A stretch of 64,000 bases of DNA from Podarcis melisellensis (lineage: Eukaryota), in assembly GCA_964234715.1 (NCBI GenBank), contig OZ174286.1, one strand, 5' to 3'. Numbering within the stretch: position 1 is the stretch's first letter; the number at the start of each line of letters is the position of its first letter. This document shows positions 51,426-64,000 of this stretch, one piece after another. The notes beneath the pieces are model-generated. The model was not told the DNA's origin. It ran no database searches and saw only the letters and a program-made list of their open reading frames with translations. A program made the position numbers and the translations under genes.

Positions 51426-54400
51426 GACATCAAACTGCTTGGCCAGATGCTCATATCCTTGACAAAGAAATAAATACAATGAGTCAGGAGAAGCTGAGGG
51501 AAGGAGAAATAGCCCCCTGTAGACCAGGTGTGCCGCAGCAGGAAGCTGAGCAGGAGGCTTCAAATTCTGATCCCAGCAGATACTATTTTCTCCTAACCAC
51601 TAGCCACAGCCAAGGTCCTTGGTGAAATTCACATCCAAAATTCAGAAGCACCCACTCCACAATACTGAAATAATTGTTTGGCAATGGAATGTGCAGGGAT
51701 GCGAAAGGAGCACAGTCACCGGGCAATGGCAAAGCAGGCAGCCTCTGAACCTATGCAGTAGTGGGTTTGTGGGCAGAGAAAACTAGTTGCCATAATTGTA
51801 AGTTATTACTAGCCTGTTTACTGTTGCGGTTACTTCTTTTTAAAAAGCTACGAAAAGCACCATAAAAGCAATGATTCTGAGAAAGGCCTTAGCGCTGGAC
51901 ATGCATCAAACGACCTTCTGCCACATCCACAGAGTTGACAGTTGCTGCAGACTTTGAAGGAAGTTGTTTTATTTTGCAGCTCCTGGTCTTGTTCTTATAG
52001 TAACCCATCTCTTAGGCACATGGCATCGATTAATAAAAGGGTGGATTTACATGGGTGCTTATACAATTGGTTTCTGGAATGATTATGCCAAATGTTGCTT
52101 CATGCAAGAAAGAATATAATATATGCTGACATTTCCTGATATGAAGAGTAGTTTTTAGGGGTGATGGTGATTACAAAATTCTGGCATGGAGGGAAATGGG
52201 TCTTTTGCATAGGAAGGAGAGCTAGCAATCACAGCATGGTTGGAATTCACACTGCATATTGATTTTCCACTTGATGCCAACAAATCATATCCACACTGTA
52301 TTTCTGAGAGGCAGGCTAGGTGGAGACAGAGTGATTTGCCCCAGGCAACCTAGTGAGCTTCAAAAGATGAGCAAAAATGTAAATCTTTCTTTCTAATTTT
52401 CAAACCCAACACTCCCTACTAAACAAGACTGGCAGGACTCACTTGAGGAAGCCACCAATGTTGTAGGGGTTTTCTGGAGACTGGAGGGGAGATTTAAGAA
52501 GAGGAAATCTTTATCTATATCCCTTAATAATAAGATTTGGCTTATAAACCTGACTTTAATTTCTCAGAAATGGAGAACATTGTTTGCTTCTTAATCCCAG
52601 GATCCTTAGGTATGTACGGTAACTTTATATCTGTGGCACCTTGGACTGGGAAGACATAGTCATCCTGCAATCTCCATCTTCAAACCATGTCTGCAAGCTG
52701 ACATCATGGCTGCAACACCCAGTCTAATTTCTGCAGGTGTTTCACCCCGAGGCCCCAACAATTCTCCCACCCTCTGCTTTGCCTGATGAAGAGTTGTAAC
52801 ATTTGGGTTGGTCTGAATAACTGGATTTTTAAGTTAATGATAAGAGCATTGTTGGTTGGCGGTTGCAAAAAAATATTATTTCCCTGCTAACTAGTAAATC
52901 ACCATGCAATGACAGAATTTCAGATTTCTGTGGGAAAAGAGAAGCAAGCTCCTTAGATTGCACCCCAGCACTGCATCAAGATACGATGACATCATTCCTC
53001 AGTCATTTACATTAACCACTTTGCAGAAGAAAGGTTGTTATTTTTAGCTGCCTAAGTACAACTTCAACCACCATGACTCCCTTCCATGTGTCACTTCTTC
53101 AGGGTTAACAGAAAAATAATTATAGATAATGACATGGAGACAGTGATCTATGCTTTTAGGCTATAGAGACACTGAGCCTGAACAATGACAAAGACCACTA
53201 ACTTCACACATAAAGTATTTTAAATTTGCTTCTCTCATCCATCTTTGTTTTGGCTAAAATGTCGCATTACTCCCTATCTCCCACCTGCATCTGTGCTTGC
53301 CTTTACAGCCCCCTATTCTCCTGGGATAAAACCTTCCTCCGTTGAAGTGCATACAACAGTTTAATATTCTGTACTTCAGTTTCCAGCAGTTTAAGTTACC
53401 TTCTATGGAAATTAAACAATACACTTTGAATGCTTGTTTTCTCTACAATACCATGTCTGTGTCACTGCCCAAGGTGGACTAAATGATACGAAGGCACCAC
53501 ATCTTTGAAACAGCAGGGAACTCTATTCTTTTCAGGTCCTTCTGCATTTATTATGGAAATTGCATCCATTTCTTCCTTGCTTTCACTAGATAGGCACAGC
53601 AAAATGTTGTAGTTAGTCATCATGAGGAAAAGGAAAACAATAAAAGGCCCAAGAAAACTGTGCTCTTTCATCTTTCTACATATGTTCTCTTCCATCCCAG
53701 TGTATTCTGGGGAGACAAGAGTTCTTAATCCTGGCCTAAGGGAAGCCAGTGTGGCATGCATAAGTGAGCAGTCTGGAGATGGAGATGGACGGTCTCCTGC
53801 TGATGAAACCCACCTGCTTGGATGCAACCCTGTAGGCCCATATTCTGTAGGCTCTCAGAGCGGCAGCCACTGCTAGCAACACTAATGATAATATTCTATA
53901 AAGGAGATGTGTGTGAGAGAGGCAACAACCTTGTGCACAGTGGTGACAACACACCCCTGCACATGGTTATTTAATTCAATGTGCTCAGCTTTATGTGCTC
54001 CATTACCCCTCATGCAACTACTTCTACTCATGGTATCAGCATCTTGCCCTCAGCATGATGAGCAACCACCATCTCTGGATCAGGGGCCTTGTTTCAGATT
54101 TTCGTTGCAGTAATGGGAAGATATGGGGAAGAGGACTAAGTCTGTGAAAGTTGAGATTCAGAAAAGTTCAAAGGGTGCACTTAGATGGTTAAATTGTGGA
54201 GGGGTTGAAGTGTAAAAGAAAAGGAAAGTATTTTGAGAGCTCCTCTTATGGTTACTTTTTCATGCATGGTAACAACAATAGCAGTCATATCAGTACAAGA
54301 TAAGCAGACACTTCTTTGGTGAAGCAAAGGGATTGCAAAGCAAAGAGATATCCTTGGTATGCTTACCCTGTACATAAGCACAATTAATTAAGCTCAGTTA

Positions 54401-54686
54401 GTTGAACAGAAATATGCTCCTGAGGAATAATCAAGTGCTGTATGAAACAGAAGGAGGGTGATTGCTTGTTTCCCACTAAACACCCAAAATGGCATTATTA
54501 GCCAGGAGCTGGTAATATGAATAGGCCCTTAGCATTACTGTCTTTCACTTAGCAGAGGTGCAGCACTTTCCAGCTAGTGACAGGTAAGAAGAACTGCTGG
54601 AAATTTGGAAACCTCACCTCTGCCAAACCCCACCTCCTCATCTGAACACTTGTTTTGGAGGCTTCATAAACCAAACATAGACTTTC

Positions 54687-54945
54687 TGTTATGTACTGAA
54701 GTTCTCACCCTGGGCCAGCAGGGGGGGTACTGTAGATAGTTCAGGTCCACATATGCAAATAAGAGATCGAAAGTGACGTTCAGTGATTGGATAGTTACAG
54801 AAAATGGTTACTGTTGCATTCTGGTGGAGCTCTATATAAGCAGGCTGGCTGAACCCTTCAGCTCAGTTCTGTTCTGGCCTGTGAATAAACAAGAGCTGTT
54901 TGAAGAATCGCTGTGTCGTCTGATATGTTCACCCACAACTTAACA
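54687..54945 (+). mobile_element. Solo LTR
   Basis: TGTTA...TAACA ends, 5-bp TSD CTTTC, octamer ATGCAAAT, ATTGG, TATATAA, AATAAA in LTR order. Confidence 0.9.
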
Positions 54946-55547
54946 CTTTCCCTAGGCTGAACTTCTGGGAACCTCTCACTGTGCTAGCATGCAGCCATTA
55001 AAAAAGAAATTAATCAAATGAGTTTAATCACTATGTTTATTTTGCTTTCTTTAATTGTATAATTTCAGGTTATACCTTTTTGTATCACATTACTATTTTG
55101 CCTCATTATTTATAGCATTACCCCCCTTCTTAATATACCCCTATATTTCAAAAACTACTAACTAGGAATAATTCTTCATGCTTCTGCTTATGTAGATTTT
55201 TGTCCACATAGCTTATGTCATAATAAATTCATTAGTCTTTAAGGTACTGAAGGAATTTTTCATATTTTTGCTCTGGGCCTACCTCCTTCTGATCCAGAGC
55301 ATGTTCAGGAGAGTAATTAAAACAGAATTGTATGGGGTGGGATTTTCTTGAGAGGAGGTAATTATTACCATTTCATACTCTCCAAGTAAAGCTTTTCAAA
55401 TGCAGGAACAGAGAATGATTTTATTTTAATTCAGAAAATAAGCATACCTCAACTATTAGATGATTGGAGAAAATAGATATAGTATTTGCCTTGCTTTTTA
55501 GCATCAGGAGTTATCCCTTGAAGAAGTAATTGGATAGCATGTGTCTA

Positions 55548-55764
55548 CAGTGGTACCTCGGGTTACAAACGCTTTGGGTTACAAACTCCGCTACCCTGGA
55601 AGTAGTACCTTGGGTTGAGAACTTTGCCCCAGGATGAGAACAGAAATTGCAGTCCACCGGTGCAGCGGCAGTGGCAGGCCCCATCAGTGAAAGCACACCT
55701 CTAGTTAAGAACAGTTTCAGGTTAAGAACGGAACAAATTAAGTTCGTAACCCGAGGTACCACTG
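55548..55764. mobile_element. Tc1/mariner MITE
   Basis: CAGTGGTACCTCGGGTTAC TIRs, TA TSD. Confidence 0.9.
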
Positions 55765-56875
55765 TATTCACTTCCACAGTTAAGAGAAAATCTAGTCTCA
55801 TACTTGACTGAAATTTATTTATTGTGTGTTTTTGTAAAAAAAATAACCTCAACACAGTTCATCACACACATTTCTCCAAACACCTCCAGTGTGCCTTGTA
55901 GAGTCTTTCGCATGTATTATTCCAGATGCAGGCCAAGGAATGTAGTATATATTGGAATATTATAAGTTCTAGTCATCAAGAAACCAAAAGTCACTTGGCC
56001 ACACTTTCAGGGTCAGACTTTCCTCATGGGTATTAGTGAGTGTGGGTCTTGATTCCAGAATGTGTCCCAAACAACCGTCCAAAAAGCACATGTGACATGT
56101 ATCTCCATCTAAAGCAGATCACAAGAAAGAGAGTGGGGAGGGGGGAGCTCACTTCAAAAATAGGATTTAAATCTCCTTTCAGTTTAGAAAATTTAAATAC
56201 TATTTAGACAGCTTGCTAAGTGTATCTCTTACATGCTATTTCAGTGACTTAAAAGGCAGCTGTCTTCTTTTGGTTTAATTTGGGGTTTTTTAAAATCACA
56301 TTATTGCCTGATACATGCAATCAGTTATCTCCAATTGTACATATATGGGTCACCCTTACAACATCAGAGACTGAGAATTTCTACTATCACAGCTGCCTAA
56401 ATTTGTAACTAAGATTGCTGCAAGTGTTACTCACCTCTCCTAAAACTTCTCAGAATTATATGTACATTAACAAACGACAGGGGAAATCATAGCACCTGTT
56501 TATTCCTGGCCATTCCACTCAGTGGGAGACCTTTCCTCTCCTGCATTTTTTAAAAAAATTAATTAAAAATGCAGTAAAATGGCTACATACAAATTCAATA
56601 AAACAGAATGCAGCACAAAGCAATACATAGTGCAACAATAATAGTTCCAAAGCAGCTCAAAAAAACTGCATTTTATTTTTTTTAATGAACAACTTCATTT
56701 TGAATTTCTTCTCACCATCAAGATTTTGGTGCAATTCATAATACTTATTAACTGGTAAATGTCTAGTGAGTCAAATATTAGGGGATTCTGGATAGTACAA
56801 GAGCAGTCCAACATGGAGCACCATGAGTTTAGAGGTTGCTTCAGCACTAGTTAGGTTCAAAATTGGCAGCTTTCA

Positions 56876-57304
56876 GAGTCGGTAGAAGAAGATTGGAAGA
56901 AATTTAAAGACTATTTACAGAAACACTGTAAAATTAAGGAATGTTAGAAGGATGCTGGAATGAAGTTATGTGGTTTTAGCAATAATGTTATAAAGGGGTA
57001 TGTAAAAATGGATTGTTAACAGGTGAAAATGTAAAGTTACAATACATTAAGATAAAATATCAAGATAAAAGCAAAAAGGGTAAGGACTTGCTGAAACAAC
57101 TACTGAACTAGAATACAAAAAAGGGAGGTGTGAGGAGGTCAGGGAAACAAGCAAATGAAAGACAAGACATGGAAAGACTGTTTTGTTTTTAATTGTTTTT
57201 TATTTTTCTGTATTTTGTATTTTTTGTTTATTCCCCCTTCTTTTTTCTTCTTTTCATTTTTGTAACTTCTTTGAAACTTTAATAAATATTATTTTTAAAA
57301 AAAA
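56876..57304 (+). mobile_element. 5'-truncated L1/Tx1-type LINE (ORF2 end plus 3'UTR)
   Basis: EEDWKKFKDYL.. stop, AATAAA, poly(A); 11-bp TSD GGCAGCTTTCA (56865-56875, 57305-57315). Confidence 0.8.
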
Positions 57305-57614
57305 GGCAGCTTTCAAGTTCATGCTGCTTCCTCGTTTGCCCTGACCCACAGCACTTGAGGAATTGGGCATCCTCCTTACAAGGAGTGTTCAGAAGGAGCT
57401 GTCCTTGAACTACTGGGTGGGCACTATGACTCCAGCTTTCCACACACTGCCACCTCTGCATCTGAAGCCCAGGGAGTAAACTTGCTGGATTCGATAGGAG
57501 GGAATAGAATGAAGCAGGGGGTTGGAATTTCTCCAAACCGGAGGCCTCTTCAAGTGGAATATCTTCTCAGGGGAGGTCTTCAAAGGGTTATTGGTCTTTG
57601 CTAATATCTCTGCA

Positions 57615-57932
57615 GGGACGCGGGTGGCGCTGTGGGTTAAACCAGAGCCTAGGACTTGCCGATCAGAAGGTTTGAATCCCTGCTCCTGCCAACCGAGCAG
57701 TTCGAAAGCGCGTCAAAAGTACAAGTAGATAAATAGGTACCACTCCGGCGGGAAGGTAAATGGCGTTTCCATGTGCTGCTCTGGTTTGCCAGAAGCGGCT
57801 TAGTCATGCTGGCCACATGACCTGGAAGCTGTACGCCGGCTCCCTCAGCCAATAAAGTGAGATGAGTGCCGCAACCCCAGAGTCAACCACGACTGGACCT
57901 AACGGTCAGGGGTCCCTTTACCTTTACCTTTA
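57615..57932 (+). mobile_element. Sauria SINE
   Basis: gggacgcgggtggcgctgtgggttaaacc head, (ACCTTT)n tail, imperfect TSD taatatctctgca/taatgtgtctgca. Confidence 0.9.
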
Positions 57933-57996
57933 ATGTGTCTGCAACCCCATCTATATTTGGGCCAGCAAGAGGGTCCTGCTCTTTTATTGAGGTCTC

Positions 57997-58425
57997 ATAA
58001 ATAAATAAATAAATTTTATTTATATCCCGCCCTCCCCAGCCGAAGCCGGGCTCAGGGCGGCTAACAACAATAAAATAATACAACATTCTAAAATCATTTC
58101 ATTATAAAATTAATTCAAATCAAATTGATGGCAACCATTGGGCTAGAGTTCTGTGAAGATTGCCAAAGGAGGGAGTCAGGCTGTGCCCTGGCCAAAGGCC
58201 TGGTGGAACAGCTCTGTCTTGCAGGCCCTGCGGAAAGATGTCAAGTCCCGCAGGGCCCTAGTCTCTTGTGACAGAGAGTTTCACCAGATCGGAGCCACAG
58301 CTGAAAAAGCCCTGGCTCTAGTTGAGGCCAGCCTAACCTCCCTGTGGCCTGGGACCTTCAAGAAGACCTTTGAAGACCATAAGTTCCTCTGAGGGACATA
58401 CCAGGAGAGGCGGTCCCGTATGTAC
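57997..58425 (-). mobile_element. L2 LINE 3' end
   Basis: Minus ORF LKVPG..EVRLASTRARAFSAVAP.W; (TAAA)n tail. Confidence 0.8.
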
Positions 58426-59250
58426 AAACAAGGGTACAAACAGTGTAGCATCCAGTGTAGAGATGCAGTAGAATATTTCACCTTCAGCAGAGGCTGAAAA
58501 GAAAGAGGTAAAGCCAGACCAGTGCATTTACAGCAGGCAGCTTCCTTTGTGGGCATTTTGTGCTTACAAAGGCAATTAATTAATTTCTCAGGACACACCA
58601 TTTGGGAATGTCTACAGTAGACCAATCCTTAAAATGTTATTGTTAACTAAGACCCAATTATAGTATTTGCACAATTATGAGGTAGTGATTGAAGGGAGCT
58701 AAATCCTTTAAATGCTTCTGCGGCTTGATCACCTCCTACTGAAAGGCTTCTGGAGTGTGACACAGTTCAAAGCAGCCCTTCTGAAGGTGGCAAAGTCGTC
58801 CTATTCCACCCTCTCAAAATCAGCCGATGACTGTTATAAGTGAGAGAACTCTGAAAGGGATTCTTGGTGTTTTCACACCAAGGAGGGGATGACAAAACTT
58901 GTTCCATAATAAAGTGAGTGTGATGTCAAAGGTTTTGTTAATATTCACACCGGGAATGCAGAGGGTCAGGGTTGGGATGAAGGAGACTTGGATTCAAATC
59001 GCTGTTCAGAGATGAAGCTCACTTGGCAGCGGTGGGCGGGTGGGGGGAGTGTTTACCAAAGAAGCAGACCAAAACCATGCATTTCTTAGGGCAACAGGAT
59101 GACTAGGTACAAATTATTCAATCTAACAACCCACAAGACAAAAGCAAAGTAACTTTCAGGGAAGGCAGACATGCCACCTCCTCAGTTTGTAAGAGAACCT
59201 ACCGTAGCTTTTGTTAACTCTTTGACCATTACCAATATTTGGTTCTAATA

Positions 59251-59467
59251 CAGTGGTACCTCTGGTTACGTACTTAATTCATTCCGGAGGTCCGTTCTTA
59301 ACCTGAAACTGTTCTTAACCTGAAGCACCACTTTAGCTAATGGGGCCTCCCGCTGCTGCCACGCTGCCGCCACGTGAATTTTGTTCTCATCCTGAAGCAA
59401 AGTTCTTAACCCAAGGTACTATTTCTGGGTTAGTGGAGTCTGTAACCTGAAGCGTATGTAACCTGAA
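59251..59467. mobile_element. Tc1/mariner MITE disrupted by a LINE insertion
   Basis: Left TIR with TA; the sequence resumes briefly (aacctgaagcgtat) at 60604-60617; right TIR missing. Confidence 0.85.
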
Positions 59468-60603
59468 CCTTCTTCACCGATGGGGCCCTTCATATCCCAT
59501 CGGCGTTGAAAGTCTTCAAGGCCAAGGTGATCCCGACAATTGCTTATGCCATCTCAATTTGGGGGACTTTTGCCAACCTATCTCACCTGGAGGTCATTCA
59601 AAATCAGTTTTTAAGAGGGATATTGAAACTGCCCAACTGTGTAAGTAATACAGCGTTACGCATGGAACTTAATATTGTATCCCTGGAAGATGCTCTGTGG
59701 AAGCACATACTTTGTCACTGGTTAGCTCTATGGCACAATCTCCCAAACTTGTACTTGATACAATGTATGTGGAGAGATGATTTCCAGAGCCCATGGGTAA
59801 AAAATTTACAGCTGAAAATAAGGCAATGGGAATCTCCCCATCCAAATTACTAGAGCAGGACATAGTTCCAGCTAAAAGAACAGTAACCTGTAAGCTAGAG
59901 GAGATGGACTTGCAGCAGAAAATGATCTTGGGCAATGGTACCTGCTCACCTCTAAATCTTGGTTTATTACCCCTCTTAAGGCTTCCAAACTATTTGAATT
60001 CTTTAACTTCCTCAGCTCATAGATATGCCTTTGTAAAGGCAAGATTCAACACCTTCCCATCAAACGTGCTGAGAAATAGATTCTCCAATGGACAGATATC
60101 GCTCTTATGTGATTGTAATTGTGGGGCACTGGAATCGTTGCATCACATAATTCTTGATTGTGCTTTTCACTTATCGGCCAGGAGCAAGTTTCTTGCTCAA
60201 TATCTTAAGGGAATTGCCGATGATACGACTGAAGCCAAACTGAGATATCTATTAAATGATGATGACCCCCTAAGATCACTCATGGTTGCCAGATTCTTGG
60301 TCAGCGTCCTATCCCTAAAGAAGAGAAACGGACTCCTGTGTGGCTCGGATAATCCCTTTAAACCATGATCTATGTTTTAGGATGTAATTAGGTAATATCA
60401 CCATTGATGTCTTCTATTAATTTATGAGCAGAGGGCGATGTTTAGGCTACAAATTTGTTGTAATGTATGATGTTGGTCTTTTGTTTTTGTTTTGCTTTGG
60501 TTCTTGTCTGTTTTTTTGTAAGTTTTGGCGGTTTTAAATTTGGAGGTTCAAGTACATTATGGTGGTGTGACGGGCCAATGGCCGTAATAAAGATCAATCA
60601 ATC
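59468..60603 (+). mobile_element. 5'-truncated non-LTR retrotransposon (RTE-X-like), ORF2 C-terminus with one frameshift
   Basis: ORFs 59506-59853 and 59793-60368: KVIPTIAYAISIWG..LEVIQNQFLR thumb region and CDC..ESLHHIILDC zinc knuckle; AATAAA plus (ATCA)n tail; TSD AACCTGAA. Confidence 0.85.
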
Positions 60604-61394
60604 AACCTGAAGCGTATTAAAGGATTTGCTTTTGCGTGTTGCATTTTGCTCTAAGTGGCAAGCAGAGCTTCCAGTGCAGCAAGTAAAGATTGGTTTTAGA
60701 GATCAGGAGCACTTCCTTTAATTCACAAGGTCACAGGCAGATTCTGTTTACTTTTCTCAACTAGAGGTGCCCACCAATAATAGTCAATGCTAAACTTCTC
60801 CTTGGTTTTGCTGCTGACAAAGCTGCCCAAATATTGCTTAGGCAGTCAGAAATGGGATGCACCAAGCCAAGTTGGAAACATATTTTGCCATAGCATCAGA
60901 AAAGACAACAACACAAAACTACCTTTTTGGATCCCCACCCCCATAGAAATGATAACATTTACCTATGTTTACTTCATTGATATTTCATTAAATTCAGCAC
61001 TGGGTAGGCAACTTTAAGGAATTGCAATCTATGCTGCTGCTGCTCTTGCAGCAGAAACAGAACAAGCAGCTCACCTCATTCAAGGTCAAACCATAGTAGG
61101 GAAATCTCTTAGCTGGAATCTGAACAGCTATTGCAGGCTTTGCGGTCATGCTGCAGAAGACAATTAATGGACTACAGCCTGCACGAGAAGTGGATATTGG
61201 TTTTCACCTGATGCTTATTAGTTTGCATTCCAGGAGGTACCTTCTGAGTCATAATGATAATCTAACTTTAATAAAGTTCACAAAGTGGCAAACAGGTAAA
61301 TAAGGTCTAAAGTCTGGTAAGACACAGTGGTGCCCAAAATGTTTTGTTTATTTATTTAAGACCATTTCTGCACTGCTTAGTATATAAAAACTAT

Positions 61395-62330
61395 TGTTAT
61401 TATTATTATGCTGCCCATCTGAATGATTGCCCCAGCTACTCTGCGTAGCTTCCAGCAAAATATAAAAAACAATAAAACATCAAAAATTGAAAATTGAAAA
61501 CTTTCCTATGCAGGACTGCCTTCAGATGTCTTTTATAAGTAAGATATTTGTTTATTTCCTGGACATGCGATGGAAGGACATTCCACAGGGTGGCGCCACT
61601 ACCGATAAGGCCCTCTACTTGGTTCCTTGTAACCTCACTTCTTGCAGTGAGGGAACCACCGGAAGGCCCTCAGAGCTGGATCTCAGTCTGAACAATGGGG
61701 GTGGAGATGCTCCTTCGGGTATACAGGCTGTTTAGGGCTTTAAAGGTCAGCACCAATGCTTTGTATTGTGCACGGAAACATACTGGGATCCAATGTACAT
61801 CCTTTAGGGCCGCTGGTTTATGGTCCTGACAGCTGCTCCCAGTCACCAGTCTGGTAGCTGCATTCTGGATTAGGTAGTCCCAGGTAAAGCACATTGCAGT
61901 AGTCCAAGCAGAAGATAACCAGAGCATGTACCACTCTGGTGAGACAGTGCGCAGACAGTAGGGTCTTAGCTGGCATACCAGATGGAGCTAGTATACAGCT
62001 GCCCTGGGCACAGAATTGACCTGTGCCACCATGGACAGCTGTGAGCCCAAAAGGACCCCAGGCTGGTCTTTCAGGGGCACAATTACCCCATTCAGGACCA
62101 GGGAGTCCCCCACACCTACCTGTCCCCTAGAAACAGTACTTCTGTCTTAACCCCCATCCACTCCCCAACTGCCTCCAGACACTCACACAGGACATTCACT
62201 GCCTTCATTGGTTCTGATATAAACGAGAGGTAGATTTGGGTATCATCCACATACTGGTGAACACCCAGCCCAAACCCCCTGATGATCTCTCCCCGCCTCT
62301 TGGCCAGGTAGTCTCCCCCATTCCTCCTCA
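61395..62330 (-). mobile_element. L2 LINE fragment
   Basis: HQYVDDTQIYLSF (RT YxDD), IQNAATRLVTG, HWIPV.FRAQYKAL.LTFKALN. Confidence 0.85.
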
Positions 62331-63379
62331 TCTAGCCAGTTCCTGACATTATTTGACCACTGTTGGTCAGGTGTTGAACAGGAGGAGAAACAGCACTGCA
62401 GAATGACCAAGGCAGACGAGGAGAAAGGACATTCCAGATGCTTCATGGAATACTGACTTTCCTAAGAATCAAGCCTGCTTTCCCCTTCATACCATGGCTC
62501 TGAGTTCTGCTTCTTGATCACACTGATTCTTCCTCTCTTGTCATGTTCTGCAGAAAGCAATACTCAGTAAGCCATTTTATGTGATGTTTTGAATTTAAAA
62601 GGGTATCTAATATGAATGGTATGATCCATGTCAGTTGGAAAATTATTCAGTAGTTGGGTTGCAGGAAGCAATCCAGAAGAATCCATTTCCCAAACAAAGA
62701 AGATAAACAGTGGTGGAGAGGTGATTTGTGAGGATGAAGTGGTACTGGACACTTCCCACGGCAGCCATCCCTCCCAATTACTATTCTCTCAGCTGGGTTT
62801 TGGGACTGGAAATGAGCCAGGAGGGTGTGCTTAATTAGTGACAAAGGAATAGTGACCCAGAGGCATTCAATTTTGCAACTTTGCATATTCCAAAGCTGAG
62901 CAAACAACCCTGGTTCAAATTAGATATTCCATCTGCCACAAAATCACAGTCAGTGATATTGTACTGAAGAGTGGTAAAGATATAACATCCCATCAACCAC
63001 ATCCTCAGTTAGTGCCATCTGTGCAGTTCCATTGATGTCCGTCTCACACATATTTAAACTGCCTGCAGATCTGGCCCATTGCACTTGGGTACCCATGCCA
63101 GATGTTAATGTTGCTCACTACAAAGTGTTTGCACTTGGCTTCACTGAACAGATCAAGGAACTTTGGAATTGACCTTCTGCTCATAAAGTACACAGAGTCA
63201 GTGTGAGAAGGTCTGTTGTGAGATGGACACATGCCAATACTGTCATATGAAAAGCAGATGTGTCTAACAGCTGGATTGTCTCAACCTCCCAGAAACAAAG
63301 CCTACAATGAAAGAATATAATGTGTGGTCTGAGTAGATGGATGAGTGTGTATTATGGTTGGTTTCGACACTTATTAAAT

Positions 63380-63608
63380 AATCAATTGAGGAGCGACCTC
63401 ACCCCACACAAGAGTCGAGCAGTGGGGAGCCTGGCCAGCCAACGAGGCACTTGGTGGGCGTGAACCCGGTGCTCCTCTCTGCGAGCATTGGAGGACCGGG
63501 CTGGGCCGCACTGGGGGCGTCTGTATGGGGGCGCCTGCTTCGTGCCCCCTCAAAAATTCACAACCGGGGCCGTGATCCCTCTGCTGCCCCCCCCCCACTA
63601 TGCCCCTG
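63380..63608. mobile_element. Probable one-ended hAT MITE remnant with GC-rich interior
   Basis: Ends in ccccccactatgcccctg, resembling a Tip100-type TIR; partner TIR not found. Confidence 0.35.
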
Positions 63609-64000
63609 CACAGCAGCCTTGAGTTCCAGACCTTTTGCTTCTTTTTTGAGCCTGTTAAATTGGATGGGAACATTTGAAGTGGCCCATTGGTCCATCTAGC
63701 TTAATTATCACTTACACAAAGTGGCAGCAGCTCTAATAGATGCCCCTTTGACACAACAGTTATTGAACCTGGGATCTTCTGCAGGCTAAGCATTAGTTCT
63801 GTGACAAAAATGGAACACAACCTGTATTTAAAGCTTTAGTCAACTAACTCTGCCAGTTAAGTGGCTACTTGCAGCCTTATGCCCCATATATAAAAGATTT
63901 CTATAAGATTTCTGTGCTTTTATCACTTTGCTTCTTGTTAACAGTTCAAATGATGTCATTTGATCAACATGTCACTTGACGGACATCTCAATTAAGCCTT

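Noticed and set aside
53462-53876. 121-aa and 84-aa ORFs with a possible + strand acceptor at 53700
   Set aside because: No recognisable homology or consistent exon chain

Overview
Vertebrate, almost certainly squamate (probably lacertid) genomic DNA, judged from Sauria-type SINEs, CR1/L2/RTE LINE remnants and hAT/Tc1-mariner MITEs. The window is mostly intronic or intergenic and I found no complete protein-coding gene. Most listed ORFs are spurious products of GC-rich or repeat DNA. A native CpG-island promoter with a minus-strand first exon lies at ~37.2-38.0 kb, but I could not identify its gene. The main observation is a pair of non-autonomous hAT transposons (8616-10570 and 47723-48887). 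They have near-identical termini and their own perfect 8-bp TSDs, but unrelated interiors made of CpG-island/promoter/first-exon-like DNA (Pack-TIR-like cargo). One carries what looks like the promoter, complete mitochondrial-presequence exon 1 and splice donor of fumarate hydratase (FH). The FH call rests on recalled sequence and needs BLAST confirmation. Other points: a 242-bp inverted duplication brackets the second element, several TEs are nested, and a clean solo LTR is present.
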